Shown here: positions 38,974 through 50,508 of the stretch, piece after piece
How positions within the stretch are numbered: position 1 is the first letter of the stretch
Layout: the number at the start of each line of letters is the position of its first letter
Source: Octopus vulgaris
Taxonomy: Eukaryota
DNA: 64,000 bases
Direction of reading: 5' to 3'
Assembly: GCA_951406725.2 (NCBI GenBank)
Contig: OX597842.1
Span: forward strand, 19,778,001 to 19,842,000
Translations under genes and position numbers: made by a program
The notes under the pieces: model-generated
Told to the model about the DNA's origin: nothing
The model's input: only the letters and a program-made list of their open reading frames with translations
Database searches by the model: none

Positions 38974-39969
38974 GTAGAGAAATGCCGAAGGATCGCCCTT
39001 ATTTTGATGCAAAATTTGTAAACTTTTCTGTTGACAAATATTTTCTTTTCTCTCAGATGTACAGGCTCACACACACACACACACAGTCCTTTATCAAACC
39101 ATCCAACCCATGCCAGCATGGAAAGTAGATGTTAAAAGATGATGAGGATGTATAATGGTTTTTTGTTTTGACAAGTTGTGGTGCACCTGAGCACTGTATA
39201 CAATAATTCCATTATTATTATTGTTGTTCTTGTTGTTATTATTTTGCTGGAGTTTTTTTCCCTCGGTGAAAATCGTGCAGGTGAAAAGCTTAATAGGGGT
39301 GCGGGTGAAATTTCTGAGGTTTCCACCTCACCCCACCCCGATTTCGGGACTCGAAAAAGGATTTTATAGCATATTAGGAGATCATAGGAATTCATAGAAA
39401 ATGTTGTTCCGATTCAAACCGAAAAGATTCGTTTAATATTTCGAATTACATAATCTTTTACGGAGATACCCAAATCTTTTAAGAACTTAGGGCCTCGACG
39501 GCCCTGTCCAACATTGGAATTTAAAAACACTTACCCGAGAACAAGTATTCCAGTAACGACGACGTAGCATCTGCTGTCGAAGACTAAAAAGGATGCAAAG
39601 TTCTCCACTAATAGAATTAACCACTGCAGCTTCGACGGTTGGGATGTGTGGGCGAGGGGGTACTATGTTCAAAAATAAACATCATTAGGTCTCGTACCTC
39701 CTCGTACGACACTCGTATACATACTTATTATACATACGGACCCATACCAGCCTATACATATATACAGAGGTGGGCACGATTAATCTAAAAGTTAACTTCG
39801 TTAATTCTTTGAAAATTCAACGGAAGGTAGGGTTAAGGTTTATTGAACAAGAGGCATACCTACAGTTTAATACCCCACCGACTTTGTTGCATCAAAACCG
39901 CCAGAAAAACAGATACTTTTTAACGAAACCTTTACCAAATAATCGCTTATGCCCTGTAGATTGAGCATA

Positions 39970-40447
39970 TACTCTCTTTACTCTTTTACTTGTTTCAATC
40001 ATTTGACTGCGGCCATGCTGGAGCACCGCCTTTAATCAAGCAACTCGACCCCGGGACTTATTCTTTTGTAAGCCCAGTACTTATTCTATCGGTGTCTTTT
40101 GCCGAACCGCTAGGTAACGGGGACAGAAACACACCAGCATCAGTTGTCAAGCGATGTTGGTGGTGGTGGTGGGGGGACAAACACAGACACACAAACATAC
40201 ATATATACGACGGGCTTCTTTCAGTTTCCGTCTACCAAATCCACTCAGAAGGCTTTGGTCGGCCCGAGGCTATAGCAGAAGACACTTGCCCAAGGTGCCA
40301 CGCAGTGGGACTGAACCCTGAACCATGTGGTTGGTAAACAAGCTACTTACCACACAGCCACTCCTGCGCCTATCGGAAGATTTTTTGAGTAAAAGAAATT
40401 CTTTCAATAATAAATCTCTGAACGAAATTTCTTTCGTTTTCAAAACA

Positions 40448-40503
<56 letters not shown>

Positions 40504-40672
40504 GGCGCAGGAGTGGCTGTGTGGTAAGTAGCTTGCTTACCAACCACATGGTTCCGGGTTCAGTCCCACTGCGTGGCACCTTGGGCAAGTGTCTTCTACT
40601 ATAGCCTCAGGCCGACCAAAGCCTTGTGAGTGGATTTGGTAGACGGAAACTGAAAGAAGCCCGTCGTATATT

Positions 40673-40715
<43 letters not shown>

Positions 40716-40912
40716 GCGTGTGTGTTTGTGTGTCTGTGTTTGTCCCCCTAGCATTGTGTGTTTATCTCCCCGTTACTTAGTGGTTCGGCAAAAACCCTGA
40801 TAGAATAAGTACTGGGCTTACAAAAAGAATAAGTACCGGGGTCGAGTTGCTCGATTAAAGGCGGTGCTCCAGCATGGCCGCAGTCAAATGACTGAAACAA
40901 GTAAAAGAGTAA
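39970..40912. mobile_element. Head-to-head pair of full SINE family-1 copies (about 39970-40370 minus; 40504-40912 plus) with an (AAT)n spacer
   Basis: Both copies have a head and a tail; the spacer is about 133 bp. Confidence 0.92.
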
Positions 40913-41208
40913 TAATAATAATAAATTGGCATTCCATCACTATAACTCGACAAAATTTGACATTTGATTTCGGGTATTTCCGTGATAATTGCTGAAATGG
41001 GAGGACGAGAAGAAGGCTAATTGGGTTGTGTGTGCGTGTCTGTTCTGCTTTTATGTATACATAATTATATATAAAGATATAAGCATCTACTGTTAGCCAT
41101 TATCGTGGTAAACGATACTTAATCAAATACCAGTATTAAATGTTTGAACTACTGTGGGTCTTTACTAGGGTTTTTCTTTTAGAAGCGAGACTTAAACATG
41201 TACATTAA

Positions 41209-41721
41209 TCTATATATATAAAACTGTAGTTGTGTGAGTGTCTGTCCCCTTCGATTTAGATTCCTAACTACTCCTACATTTTGCGGTGCAGTTTAACCAA
41301 ATTCGGCTATCTTATAGTCGTGATTCATATCGAGCCCGTCTGAGTATTAGCGCGCGTATACGATGAGTCTACGATTTTAAAAATAATTTAACATCATTTT
41401 TTATTCCATTTTAATGCATATTTTATCGTGTGTCGATGGCGGCGGAGTTGGCGTCCATGGTCACACCTGCACCTGTTTGCTTCTCCCCCTTCTTCCCTCC
41501 CTCGTGAAGCTGTGGGGAAGGGAGTGTAAGGAAATCAACGTCGTAAAGCGTTGTCAAGGAGACCAGCGTTCTTTTAGAACAACGACTTCATGGCTTGAAG
41601 ACACCAAAACAGAAATGGCTAAGAAAGCCCGAATTGGCATCTATAAGGGAAGTAACTCTCTAAAAATGCTTATATAGTTATTTCCCTTACAAACCCGAGC
41701 AACGCCGGCCGATACTGCTAG
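41209..41721 (+). mobile_element. Non-autonomous Helitron
   Basis: A|TCTATATATATAAAA...CCCGAGCAACGCCGG...CTAG|T. The 3' 70 bp are shared with the copy at 38222. Confidence 0.8.
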
Positions 41722-42088
41722 TATATATATAAAGATATAAGCATCTACTGTTAGCCATTATCGTGGCAAACGATACTTAATCAAATACCAGTATTAAATG
41801 TTTGAACTACTGTGGGTCTTTACTAGGGTTTTTCTTTTATAAGCGAGACTTAAACATGTACATTAATCTCTAATAAACCATTTTATACATTACACGCCCA
41901 TAAAATGCCTCGTAGATCTTATTCAGCTATGTTTAAACTTTGCTGAAGAGCATGGTAGAAAATTTGATGCGGACGAAAGCAATGTTCAGGTTATGGAGAA
42001 GAAATAAAGCTGAAATTAAACAGATGCCAAAGATAAAGAAGGCAAGAAGGGGGAAAAGCCAAACATCCTGAACTTGAAAAAGATTTGC

Positions 42089-42668
42089 GGATCTTTTCTT
42101 TTTGAACGGCAGTTTGTAACATAATTTCTAGGTAACTAAAAAGTTTTAAACTTCGTATACTGAAAAAACTGCTGTTCAAACCGAAAAGATCCCGATTGCC
42201 TATTTATGACAAAACATTTGACAATAAAACTTTTTAAGAGTTTTGTTTAATGTTCATATCTAGACCCGGAACTGAAAATCCAAAAAATAGAAAACATATT
42301 CGAATAGGTGTAAAACAATGTGTAGGCAACGAACAGGGGGGAAAATGCGCGTAAAGCAACAGGAGGGTGGGGTGAGGACTTGGAAAAAATCACAAGATCC
42401 GAGTTTTTCTCTAAACTTTTAGGAAAATGGGTTTTTTCAATGAAATTTTATAGAAATACCGGATCTTTTCGCTTTGAACGGCAGATTTTTAAAAATAATT
42501 TCCACGTAACTAAACACTTTTAAACTTCGTATACTGGTAGAATGTGTTTATAAAACATCTTTTTCTCTTGGCTTTATTGAGAAAATTCTATAGTTTGTAA
42601 GATATTTCGTCTGAAAATCCGAGTGAAAGTTAACTAGAAATTGTCTGCCATTCAAAAGGAAAAGATCC
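42089..42668. mobile_element. GGATC-TIR MITE (Merlin-like), composite
   Basis: Ends GGATCTTTTC...GAAAAGATCC. 8-bp TSD AGATTTGC/AAATTTGC. The pogo frame rejoins across it. Confidence 0.8.
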
Positions 42669-42946
42669 AAATTTGCTTGAATGTGTAGAGGAAAGAAGAC
42701 TTGGTGGAATAGCCATTAATAACATTTGGGGATACAGGCAAAATTCGTTGCCAAAAAGATAAAACTTAATGGGTCAGAATTTAAAGCATCCCATGGCTGG
42801 GCCAGTAACTTTATGTCAAGGCACAACTTGTCTATTAGGAGGCGAACCCACATTTCACAAAAAGTTACCAGCTGATATTGAAGAGAAGTTAATGAACTTT
42901 CAGAAGTTTATTATTAAAATGCGATGGAAAAAGGATTATCCGTTGT

Positions 42947-43728
42947 GGATCTTTTCGTTTTGAACGGCAGACAATTTCTAGTTAACTAAACACTTTTAAA
43001 CTTCGTATACTGGTAGAATGTGTCAAAATAAAACATTTTTTTCTCTTGGCTTTCTTGAGAAAATTGTAATTTGTAAGTTTAACGTAGTTTAATTTTTCGA
43101 ATTTTAACCAATCCTATGCTCTCTTTTGAGTTAAAATCATTTGCTGCGTCTAAAACTGATACAGCATCCTGTAACTAACCCTAATCCTCCCCCTAACCCT
43201 TACCTTAATTTTTTTTCTTAATTATTAAATTAATTTAATTGTTACGCGTGTAAAGAAAATTAAAGCAATGGAATTAAATTAATTTAACAATTAAGAAAAA
43301 AAATTAGGGTTAGGGTTAGGGTCAGGTTTAGGGTTAGTTACAGGATGTTGTCTAAGTTTTAGACGCAGCAAATGATTTTAGTTGAATGGAGGTAATTGAT
43401 TGGTTAAAATTGCCGAAATGCTCGGATTTTCAGACGAAATATCTTACAAACTATAGAATTTTCTCAATAAAACCAAGAGAAAAAGATGTTTTATAAACAC
43501 ATTCTACCAGTATACGAAGTTTAAAAGTGTTTAGTTACGTGGAAATTATTTTAAAAAACTGCCGTTCAAACCGAAAAGATCCCAAATATCTTACAAACTA
43601 TAGAATTTTCTCAATAAAGCCAAGAGAAAAAGATGTTTTATAAACATATTCTACCAGTATACGAAGTTTAAAAGTGTTTAGTTAACTAGAAATTGTGTTG
43701 ACACGTGCCGTTCAAAAGGAAAAGATCC
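42947..43728. mobile_element. GGATC-TIR MITE (Merlin-like), palindromic, with internal TTAGGG-like repeats
   Basis: 8-bp TSD TCCGTTGT/CCCGTTGT. (CCCTAA)-like run at about 43175-43205 and (TTAGGG)-like run at about 43304-43337. Confidence 0.85.
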
Positions 43729-44284
43729 CCCGTTGTCATTGCTTGGTAAAGCGAACCAGACCCCATTAACTTTTGGTATTCCTGCAGATAGCACAATACT
43801 AGATTTCAGTGGTACATCGTCAATTACAATTAAAACCACGGGCCACGAAAGAAATCGTTTTACTGTCATGTTAGCTTGTATGGCTGACGGTATAAAACTT
43901 AAACCTTATATAATATTCAAACGTAAGACAGCACCCAAAACCGTGGAATTTCCAACAGGGATTATTGTTAGATATCAACCCAGGAGTGGCTGTGTGGTAA
44001 GTAGCTTGCTTACGAACCATATGGTTCCGGGTTCATTCCCACTGCGTGGCACCTTGGGCAAGTGTCTTCTACTATAGCCATGGGACGACCAAAGCCTTGG
44101 GAGTGGATTTGATAGACGGAAACTGAAAGAAGCCTGTCGTATATAATGTATGTGTGTGTGTTTATGTGTTTGTCCCCCCACCAACATCGCGGACTATACT
44201 CGAGGATTTACGGTAGATAAAAACAGAACAGGCACACACACACACAAGAACAAGCACGCACACACTATGGAGAAACATGAAATC

Positions 44285-44695
44285 GGATCTTTTCCTTTTG
44301 AACGGCAGTTTGTAACAATTTCTAGGTGACTAAAAAGTTTTAAACTTCGTATACTGGTAGAATGTGTTTATAAAACATCTTTTTCTCTTGGCTTTATTGA
44401 GAACATTCTATAGTTTGTAAGATATTTGTTGTTGTTTTTTCTTTAACTTCTGCAATTTCAACCAAACAATGGACGTCTATTGAGGTAAAAAACATTATAT
44501 GCCGTATGAATATGTCCCTCGTTTAAGAAACAGATTGAGTTTATTTACATTTGTGAAGAAAAAAAGATACCCTTCTCCCCACCCCTAACCCTAAAACAGA
44601 TTGAAATGCAATAGATCGATACTAGGGTCATAATTATGGGTGACAATTTCATATGACACCGCTAGAAAAAACTGCCGTTCAAACTGAAAAGATCC
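44285..44695. mobile_element. GGATC-TIR MITE, about 410 bp
   Basis: Both TIRs are present, with internal CCCTAACCCTAA. No clear TSD. Confidence 0.8.
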
Positions 44696-45189
44696 CATGT
44701 GTGTGTATGCATATATATGTAGGTAAATGGATATGTAAGTAAACAGATAGATAGGTACATAGGTAATATAGACATATGTACATTGTCACAAAAACCCATA
44801 CACAGACACACATAAGGAGACAGAGGTACACACACACGCACACAAACATGAATATGCAGAATACATGCATACAAACATAGACACACAGATAAATGCATGC
44901 AAACATACATACATCTGTATATGCACACACACACACACTGACCCACACATATGCGCACAAACAAAGAGAACGCAGCTTGGATAATGTACAGAGTCAATGA
45001 CTCTTGAAAAGATTGCAAGACACAATGAAAATTTTAGAAAAAATAAATAAGTAAATGAGTGGAAATCAAACCAGTGAGTGTGTTAAATAATAAAGCACTA
45101 ACAGAGAATGACTTTCCCCAGACACAATAAATTAGAAATAGTTGTTCTAGCATAATTTTAGATACAAAAACTAGTTTTCACTTTACTAA

Positions 45190-45430
45190 ATTACCAAGAG
45201 TATATGGAGAAGTTGTTACTGTCTTCTGAGGATCTGGGATGCCAAATGTCACTCAAAATTCACTTTCACCACTCCCATCTCAACTTCTTTCGTCTCAAGC
45301 TTGGAGTAGTGAGTGATGGGCATGGAGGAAGGTTCTACCTAGATATTACTGAGATGGAGAGCAACTACCAAGGCAAAGTGGAAACCCTGCATGATGGGGG
45401 ACATTTGCTGGATGCTCTTGTATGACATCC
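45190..45430 (+). mobile_element. DNA-transposase C-terminal fragment (Chapaev3/CMC-like)
   Basis: LGCQMSLKIHFHHSHLNFF..KLGVVSDGHGGRFYLDI.EME..YQGK resembles the MSLKIHFLHSHLDFF...SDE.GERFHQDI..ME.RYQG motif. The family name is from recall. Confidence 0.6.
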
Positions 45431-45499
45431 CAGAGACAAAGTATACAAGATTGCCCCCCAAAAATTCACTTCTGTCTGCTGTACTGTGATTTGTGTATA

Positions 45500-45888
45500 C
45501 TCTCTTTTACTCTTTTACTTGTTTCAGTCATTTGACTGCGGCCATGCTGAAGCACCGCCTTTAATCGAGCTTATTCTTTGTAAGCCCAGTACTTATTCTA
45601 TTGGTCTCTTTTTGCCGAACCGCTAAGTGACGAGGACGTAAACACACCAGCATCGGTTGTCAAGCAATGCTAGGGGTACAAACACTGACACACAAACACA
45701 TATATATATATATATACATATATACGACGGGCTTCTTTCAGTTTCCGTCTACCAAATCCACTCACAAGGCATTGGTCGGCCCGAGGCTATAGCAGAAGAC
45801 ACTTGCCCAAGGTGCCACGCAGTGGGACTAAACCCGGAACCATGTGGTTGGTAAGCAAGCTACTTACCACACAGCCACTCCTGCGCCT
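45500..45888 (-). mobile_element. Full SINE family 1
   Basis: Family-1 consensus. Confidence 0.9.
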
Positions 45889-46309
45889 ATTGTATTATCC
45901 AAGTAATTTACTTCCATCAATGTTCTGTATCTATGCCGTTTTTTTTTTTTTGCCTTTGTAACAGATGAAATAAACACATTATATTCTGAAACTATATGCA
46001 GTATAATTAAAATGGGATATGTGAAAGCAAAAAAAAAAACTAGAAGTGATAGAGCAAGACAGTTCAGAAATTTGAATTCACCACATCAAAATTAGTAAAA
46101 GACACCTATTCACATACTTACCTCAGAGCGAAAAAATTCTTCACAGTCCTTGGTAAATTCCGTTCTCGTAACTGTTTTCACAGCTTCATACTCAACCCAG
46201 CTTGATTTTTCAAATGGCTGTGAAACGAAAGTCTTATTATTTTAGTCTTTGGTTTGTAAGTGTTATTTCCTATTTGATTCTATTTAGAAATGAAAAGAAA
46301 TGACGATTT

Positions 46310-46830
46310 TGCTTTGTTGCTACCCAAGGACAAAAACTGTGTTACACAATGTTATCTGTTGAAGGCCTTCAACCCCTCTCAAATACAATGTTCATATAAG
46401 ATTGAGTCTGTATTTTCATGAAGCCTTGTTTAAAAAGAATCTAGCAGTAAATGTCGTATATAAATGAACCCCAAGCCTTTGTCATAACCAAAGCTACACT
46501 CTGTCTTAAACTGTTGTTTCTCTCTTATTTCAGAATATCAGAGGACATTGGCATGAGAGGAATTTTACTGCAGAAGCGTCATCAATATTTATCATATTTT
46601 GAAGTCGATGTTACACAGAACCTGACAGAAGAATCCTGTTTCTGTAATTAACAGACACTCCTGCACCTTTAAATATAAACAACATTAATGGGTTCTCATT
46701 AGAGGCATCTGCATCATTCTGAGAGCCTTCCTCTTTGGTGAATTACTCTCTGAAGTAGATCACTTGACCACTCACAGACTCATTCATTAGGAGAGAAACC
46801 ATGTCATTGTGATATCTGTGGTGAATGGTT
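46310..46830 (+). pseudogene. Third ZNF paralogue, opposite orientation, finger array deleted
   Basis: 46310-46650 matches the reverse complement of the ZNF 5' flank (about 10600-10485 and 10075-9870). 46745-46830 matches the last finger, stop and 3' UTR. Confidence 0.8.
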
Positions 46831-46859
46831 TCAGGAAGGTTTCCAGTAATACAGGTCAG

Positions 46860-47840
46860 GGATCTTTTCGGTTTGACCGGCAGTTTTTAAAAATAATTTC
46901 CACGTAACTAAACACTTTTAAACTTTGTATACTGGTAGAATGTGTTTATAAAACATCTTTTTCTCTTGGCTTTATTGAGAAAATTCTATAGTTTGTAAGA
47001 TATTTGGGATCTTTTCGGTTTGAACGGCAGTTTTTTAAAATAATTTCCATGTAACTAAACACTTTTAAACTTCGTATACTGGTAGAATGTGTTTATAAAA
47101 CATCTTTTTCTCTTGGCTTTATTGAGAAAATTCTATAGTTTGTAAGATATTTGGGATCTTTTAGGTTTGAACGGCAGTTTTTAAAAATAATTTCCACGTA
47201 CCTAAGCACTTTTAAACTTTGTATACTGGTAGAATGTGTTTATAAAACATCTTTTTCTCTTGGCTTTATTGAGAAAATTCTATAATTTGTAAGATATTTG
47301 GGATCTTTTCAGTTTGACCGGCAGTTTTTTAAAATAATTTCCACGTAACTAAGCACTTTTAAACTTTGTATACTGGTAGAATGTGTTTATAAAACATCTT
47401 TTTCTCTTGGTTTTATTGAGAAAATTCTATAGTTTGTAAGATATTTGGGATCTTTTCGGTTTGACCGGCAGTTTTTAAAAATAATTTCCACGTAACTAAG
47501 CACTTTCAAACTTCGTATACTGGTAGAATGTGTTTATAAAACATCTTTTCTTCTTGGCTTTATTGAGAAAATTCCATAGTTTATAAGATATTTGTTGTTT
47601 TTTCCTTCAATTTCTGCAATTTCAACCAATCAATGACGTCTCTTGAGGTGAAAACATTCTCTGCCGTATGAATATGTCCCTCGTTTAAGAAACAGATTGG
47701 GTTTATTAACATTTCTGAAGAAATAAGATACCTTCCCCGCACCCCTAACCTAACCCTAGAGCAGATTGAAATGCAATAGATCGATACTAGGGTCATAATT
47801 ATGGGTGACATTTTGATATCACACTGCTAGAAAAAAATCC
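46860..47840. repeat. GGATC-TIR MITE with 5 tandem terminal units of about 147 bp
   Basis: GGATCTTTT starts at about 46860, 47007, 47154, 47300 and 47448. Confidence 0.9.
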
Positions 47841-47895
47841 CATTTTCTGTAGTGGTTTCTTCATTAAAAGAAGAATTTCCTGAAGGCCATGAACA

Positions 47896-48083
47896 ATATT
47901 GATACAGTCACTCTTCTCTATGATGAGAAATATATCTGTAGTTAATTGTCTTTTTTCAGAGAAGGATATACCACAGAATCAGTTACATGGTTTCTCTTCC
48001 ATATCAATGTGTGTCTGTGTTTATCTAAGAGATTTATTTGAGAGAACCATTCACCACAGATATCACAATGACATGGTTTCTCT
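47896..48083 (-). pseudogene. ZNF 3' UTR fragment (decayed fingers), inverted relative to 46745-46830
   Basis: Near-identical to 7095-7282. Confidence 0.85.
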
Positions 48084-48549
48084 AATTTCCACGTAACTAA
48101 ACAGCCAGGGATACAGGCATCCAGCAACAGGACCTCCGTAATGCTATGATGGATCGTGAAGTCTGGCGTAGCATGGTAAATTCCATTGTCTCTACCACGG
48201 TCGCGATACCAGAGGGCGCACACTCTCTTACCCTGATGTAATCTCCAGGTGTACAGGCATCCAGCAACAGGACCTCCGTAATGCTATGATGGATCGTGAA
48301 GTCTGGTGTAGCATGGTAAATTCCATTGTCTCGACCACGGTCACGATACCAGAGGGCGCACACTCTCCTACCCTGATGTAATCTCCAGGGATACAGGCAT
48401 CCAGCAACAGGACTTCCGTAATGCTATGATGGACTGTGAAGTCTGGCGTAGCATGGTAAATTCCATTGTCTTGACCACGGTCAAACAATGATGATGATGA
48501 TATCTAATTCTCTCCCAATTTTACCATTTGTCTGTCGTAGTTCACTGTG

Positions 48550-48934
48550 GTGGAAGCACTCCGTCGGTTACGACGACGAGGGTTCCGGTTGATCCGATCA
48601 ACGGAACAGCCTGCTTGTGAAATTAACGTGTAAGTGGCTGAGCACTCCACAGACACGTGCACCCTTAAGGTAGTTCTCGGGGATATTCAGCGTGACACAG
48701 AGAGTGACAAGGCCGGCCCTTTGAAATACAGGTGCAACAGAAACAGGAAGTAAGAGTGAGAGAAAGTTGTGGTGAAAGAGTACAGCAGGGATCACCACCA
48801 TCCCTGCCGGAGCCTCGTGGAGCTTTTAGGTGTTTTCGCTCATTAAACACTCACAACGCCCGGTCTGGGAATCGAAACTGCGATCCTACGACTGCGAGTC
48901 CGCTGCCCTAACCACTGGGCCATTGCACCTCCAC
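48550..48934 (-). mobile_element. Full-length SINE family 2, young insertion
   Basis: Perfect 11-bp TSD AGTTCACTGTG (48539-48549 and 48935-48945). The empty site is in the paralogous segment at about 22936-22946. Confidence 0.95.
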
Positions 48935-50374
48935 AGTTCACTGTGAACCTGAAAGGAAAGATTTTGCACCTTTTATGGCATTCACAACCATCCAATAACA
49001 CAAAAAAAGTTGGACACTTGATAATAACTTATAATTTTATGCAAGAAATAATCAGCGTTTCAGATATAAAAATAAATAAACAATTATACAGAAAAGGAAA
49101 TAAAATCGCAAAAGGTCCTTGACTTGCTTAAAGAAAACAACTTCCAGGCCAGATTCCCGAAGCAGTAGGAATTGTGGGGCCAGTGTATTACTGTGAAAGG
49201 TGAGTATTTCACAGGAGATGTTGTTAAAACTTTGGTAAATTAGTAATTTTTATGAAACATAGCTTGTCCGAGAACTTTTTGATACCATCTCGTATTTTTC
49301 TTGCAAATTCTGTAAAGAGTTTTTATTTTTTTTAATAAATAAATATTTTGATTTTGTTTGCTTATTTTTCTGTTGTTTTTATCTTATATAACATGTCTTT
49401 ACATGATACACGTATAATACAATACCACATTAAAATACAAATCCTAAACCAAAAGAAACACAAACAGGAGGTGCAGCAAGTACCCTTATAGGGATCACCG
49501 AACCCATTCTGTAAGGCGAGGCGCCAACAATGGTAAGAACTTCACTGTGGCAAATGTCACAGGTGGAAGAAATGGGTCACACTTCATTTCCTATGCTTAA
49601 GGATTTTGTTCTCGTTGGCTACGGAAGCAGTGACCCTTTGATTATAATTGAAGATATTTATGCTAAAGCAATGGGTATACATATGCAAATGTACCCCACC
49701 GACTTTGTTTCTTCATAACTTCTGGAAAAATGGGTATTTTTAAATGAAAATTTTGAGAAATACCTTTAAGAAAGTGTAGATTGCAATTATATTGGAATAG
49801 CACACGTTGGTGGGACACCACACATACGCATACACATCACATTCTTTTGCAAGAAATTTGTTTTTATAAAAAATTTCAATTAAAAAATATGAATCGTTTC
49901 TCTTTGTATTCACTTTTTGAAATTCTAAGATTCAGTCAAAATTTTCAAATTTGGAATATTCATGTAATTTTCCATGCTGAATCTGCTACCGCTCACTTTT
50001 TCTGGACATAATTTTTTAAAAAGTGGACCTTTTCTGTTTGTGTTTTTCCCTTCAGCTCCTTCGGTTTCAAATTTATTGATTTCAAGTTTAGTGTATTGAT
50101 GTAGTTTTGTCTGTTAATTATATAAATGAAATTAGTTGTTGTCCTAAATTGATAAATATACAGTTAATAGCTTTTAAGATTTTTAAATTCCCAGTAAAAG
50201 ACGGAGCAGAGTTTTGGAAAAAATATTGCTAAAATATGGATATAATTTATTTAAAAAACCAACTATGCCAATGCAGTCAGTGAAAGTCTTAATCTGATAA
50301 ATAGAATTATTTTTTTCTTTTAGAGGATAAATATAGATAAAAAAACACAAATTGTAGCGTTCTTATACAAATGT

Positions 50375-50508
50375 TTATTTCTTAAAATATTTGCAGCAGA
50401 AGAAAGAGTGTCCGACAAGGATTATAGCAAGGCTGAGTATGCCAAGAATGATTCCAACAATCTCGAGTGTTCTGAGGGGTCTTGATCCATTAGGTTCAGG
50501 TTACGGAT
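50375..50508 (-). CDS. Gene B terminal TM exon with a premature TAA at its third codon
   Basis: Acceptor tttattgtttgtcaactgcag. (N)P*PEPNGSRPLRTLEIVGIILGILSLAIILVGHSFFCCKYFKK*, with the stop at 50501-50503. Confidence 0.8.

Larger units (their letters stand above)
41905..44213 (+). mobile_element. Fossil pogo-family DNA transposon with nested MITEs and a SINE
   Basis: HPELEKDL/LECVEERR (CENP-B HTH-like), KKDYPL/SLLGKANQTPLTF, KTTGHERNRFTVMLACMADGIKLKPYIIFKRK. The right TIR is GGACTATACTCGAGGATTTACGG followed by TA. A SINE head lies at about 43981-44190. Confidence 0.88.

Noticed and set aside
43170-43340. TTAGGG repeats as a telomere or chromosome-fusion scar
   Set aside because: They are short, degenerate and internal to a TSD-flanked MITE with many copies.
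46860-47590. 147-bp tandem repeat as a possible CRISPR array or nucleosome-positioning satellite
   Set aside because: The units are whole-length copies of a MITE end. The match to nucleosome length cannot be shown to be more than coincidence.
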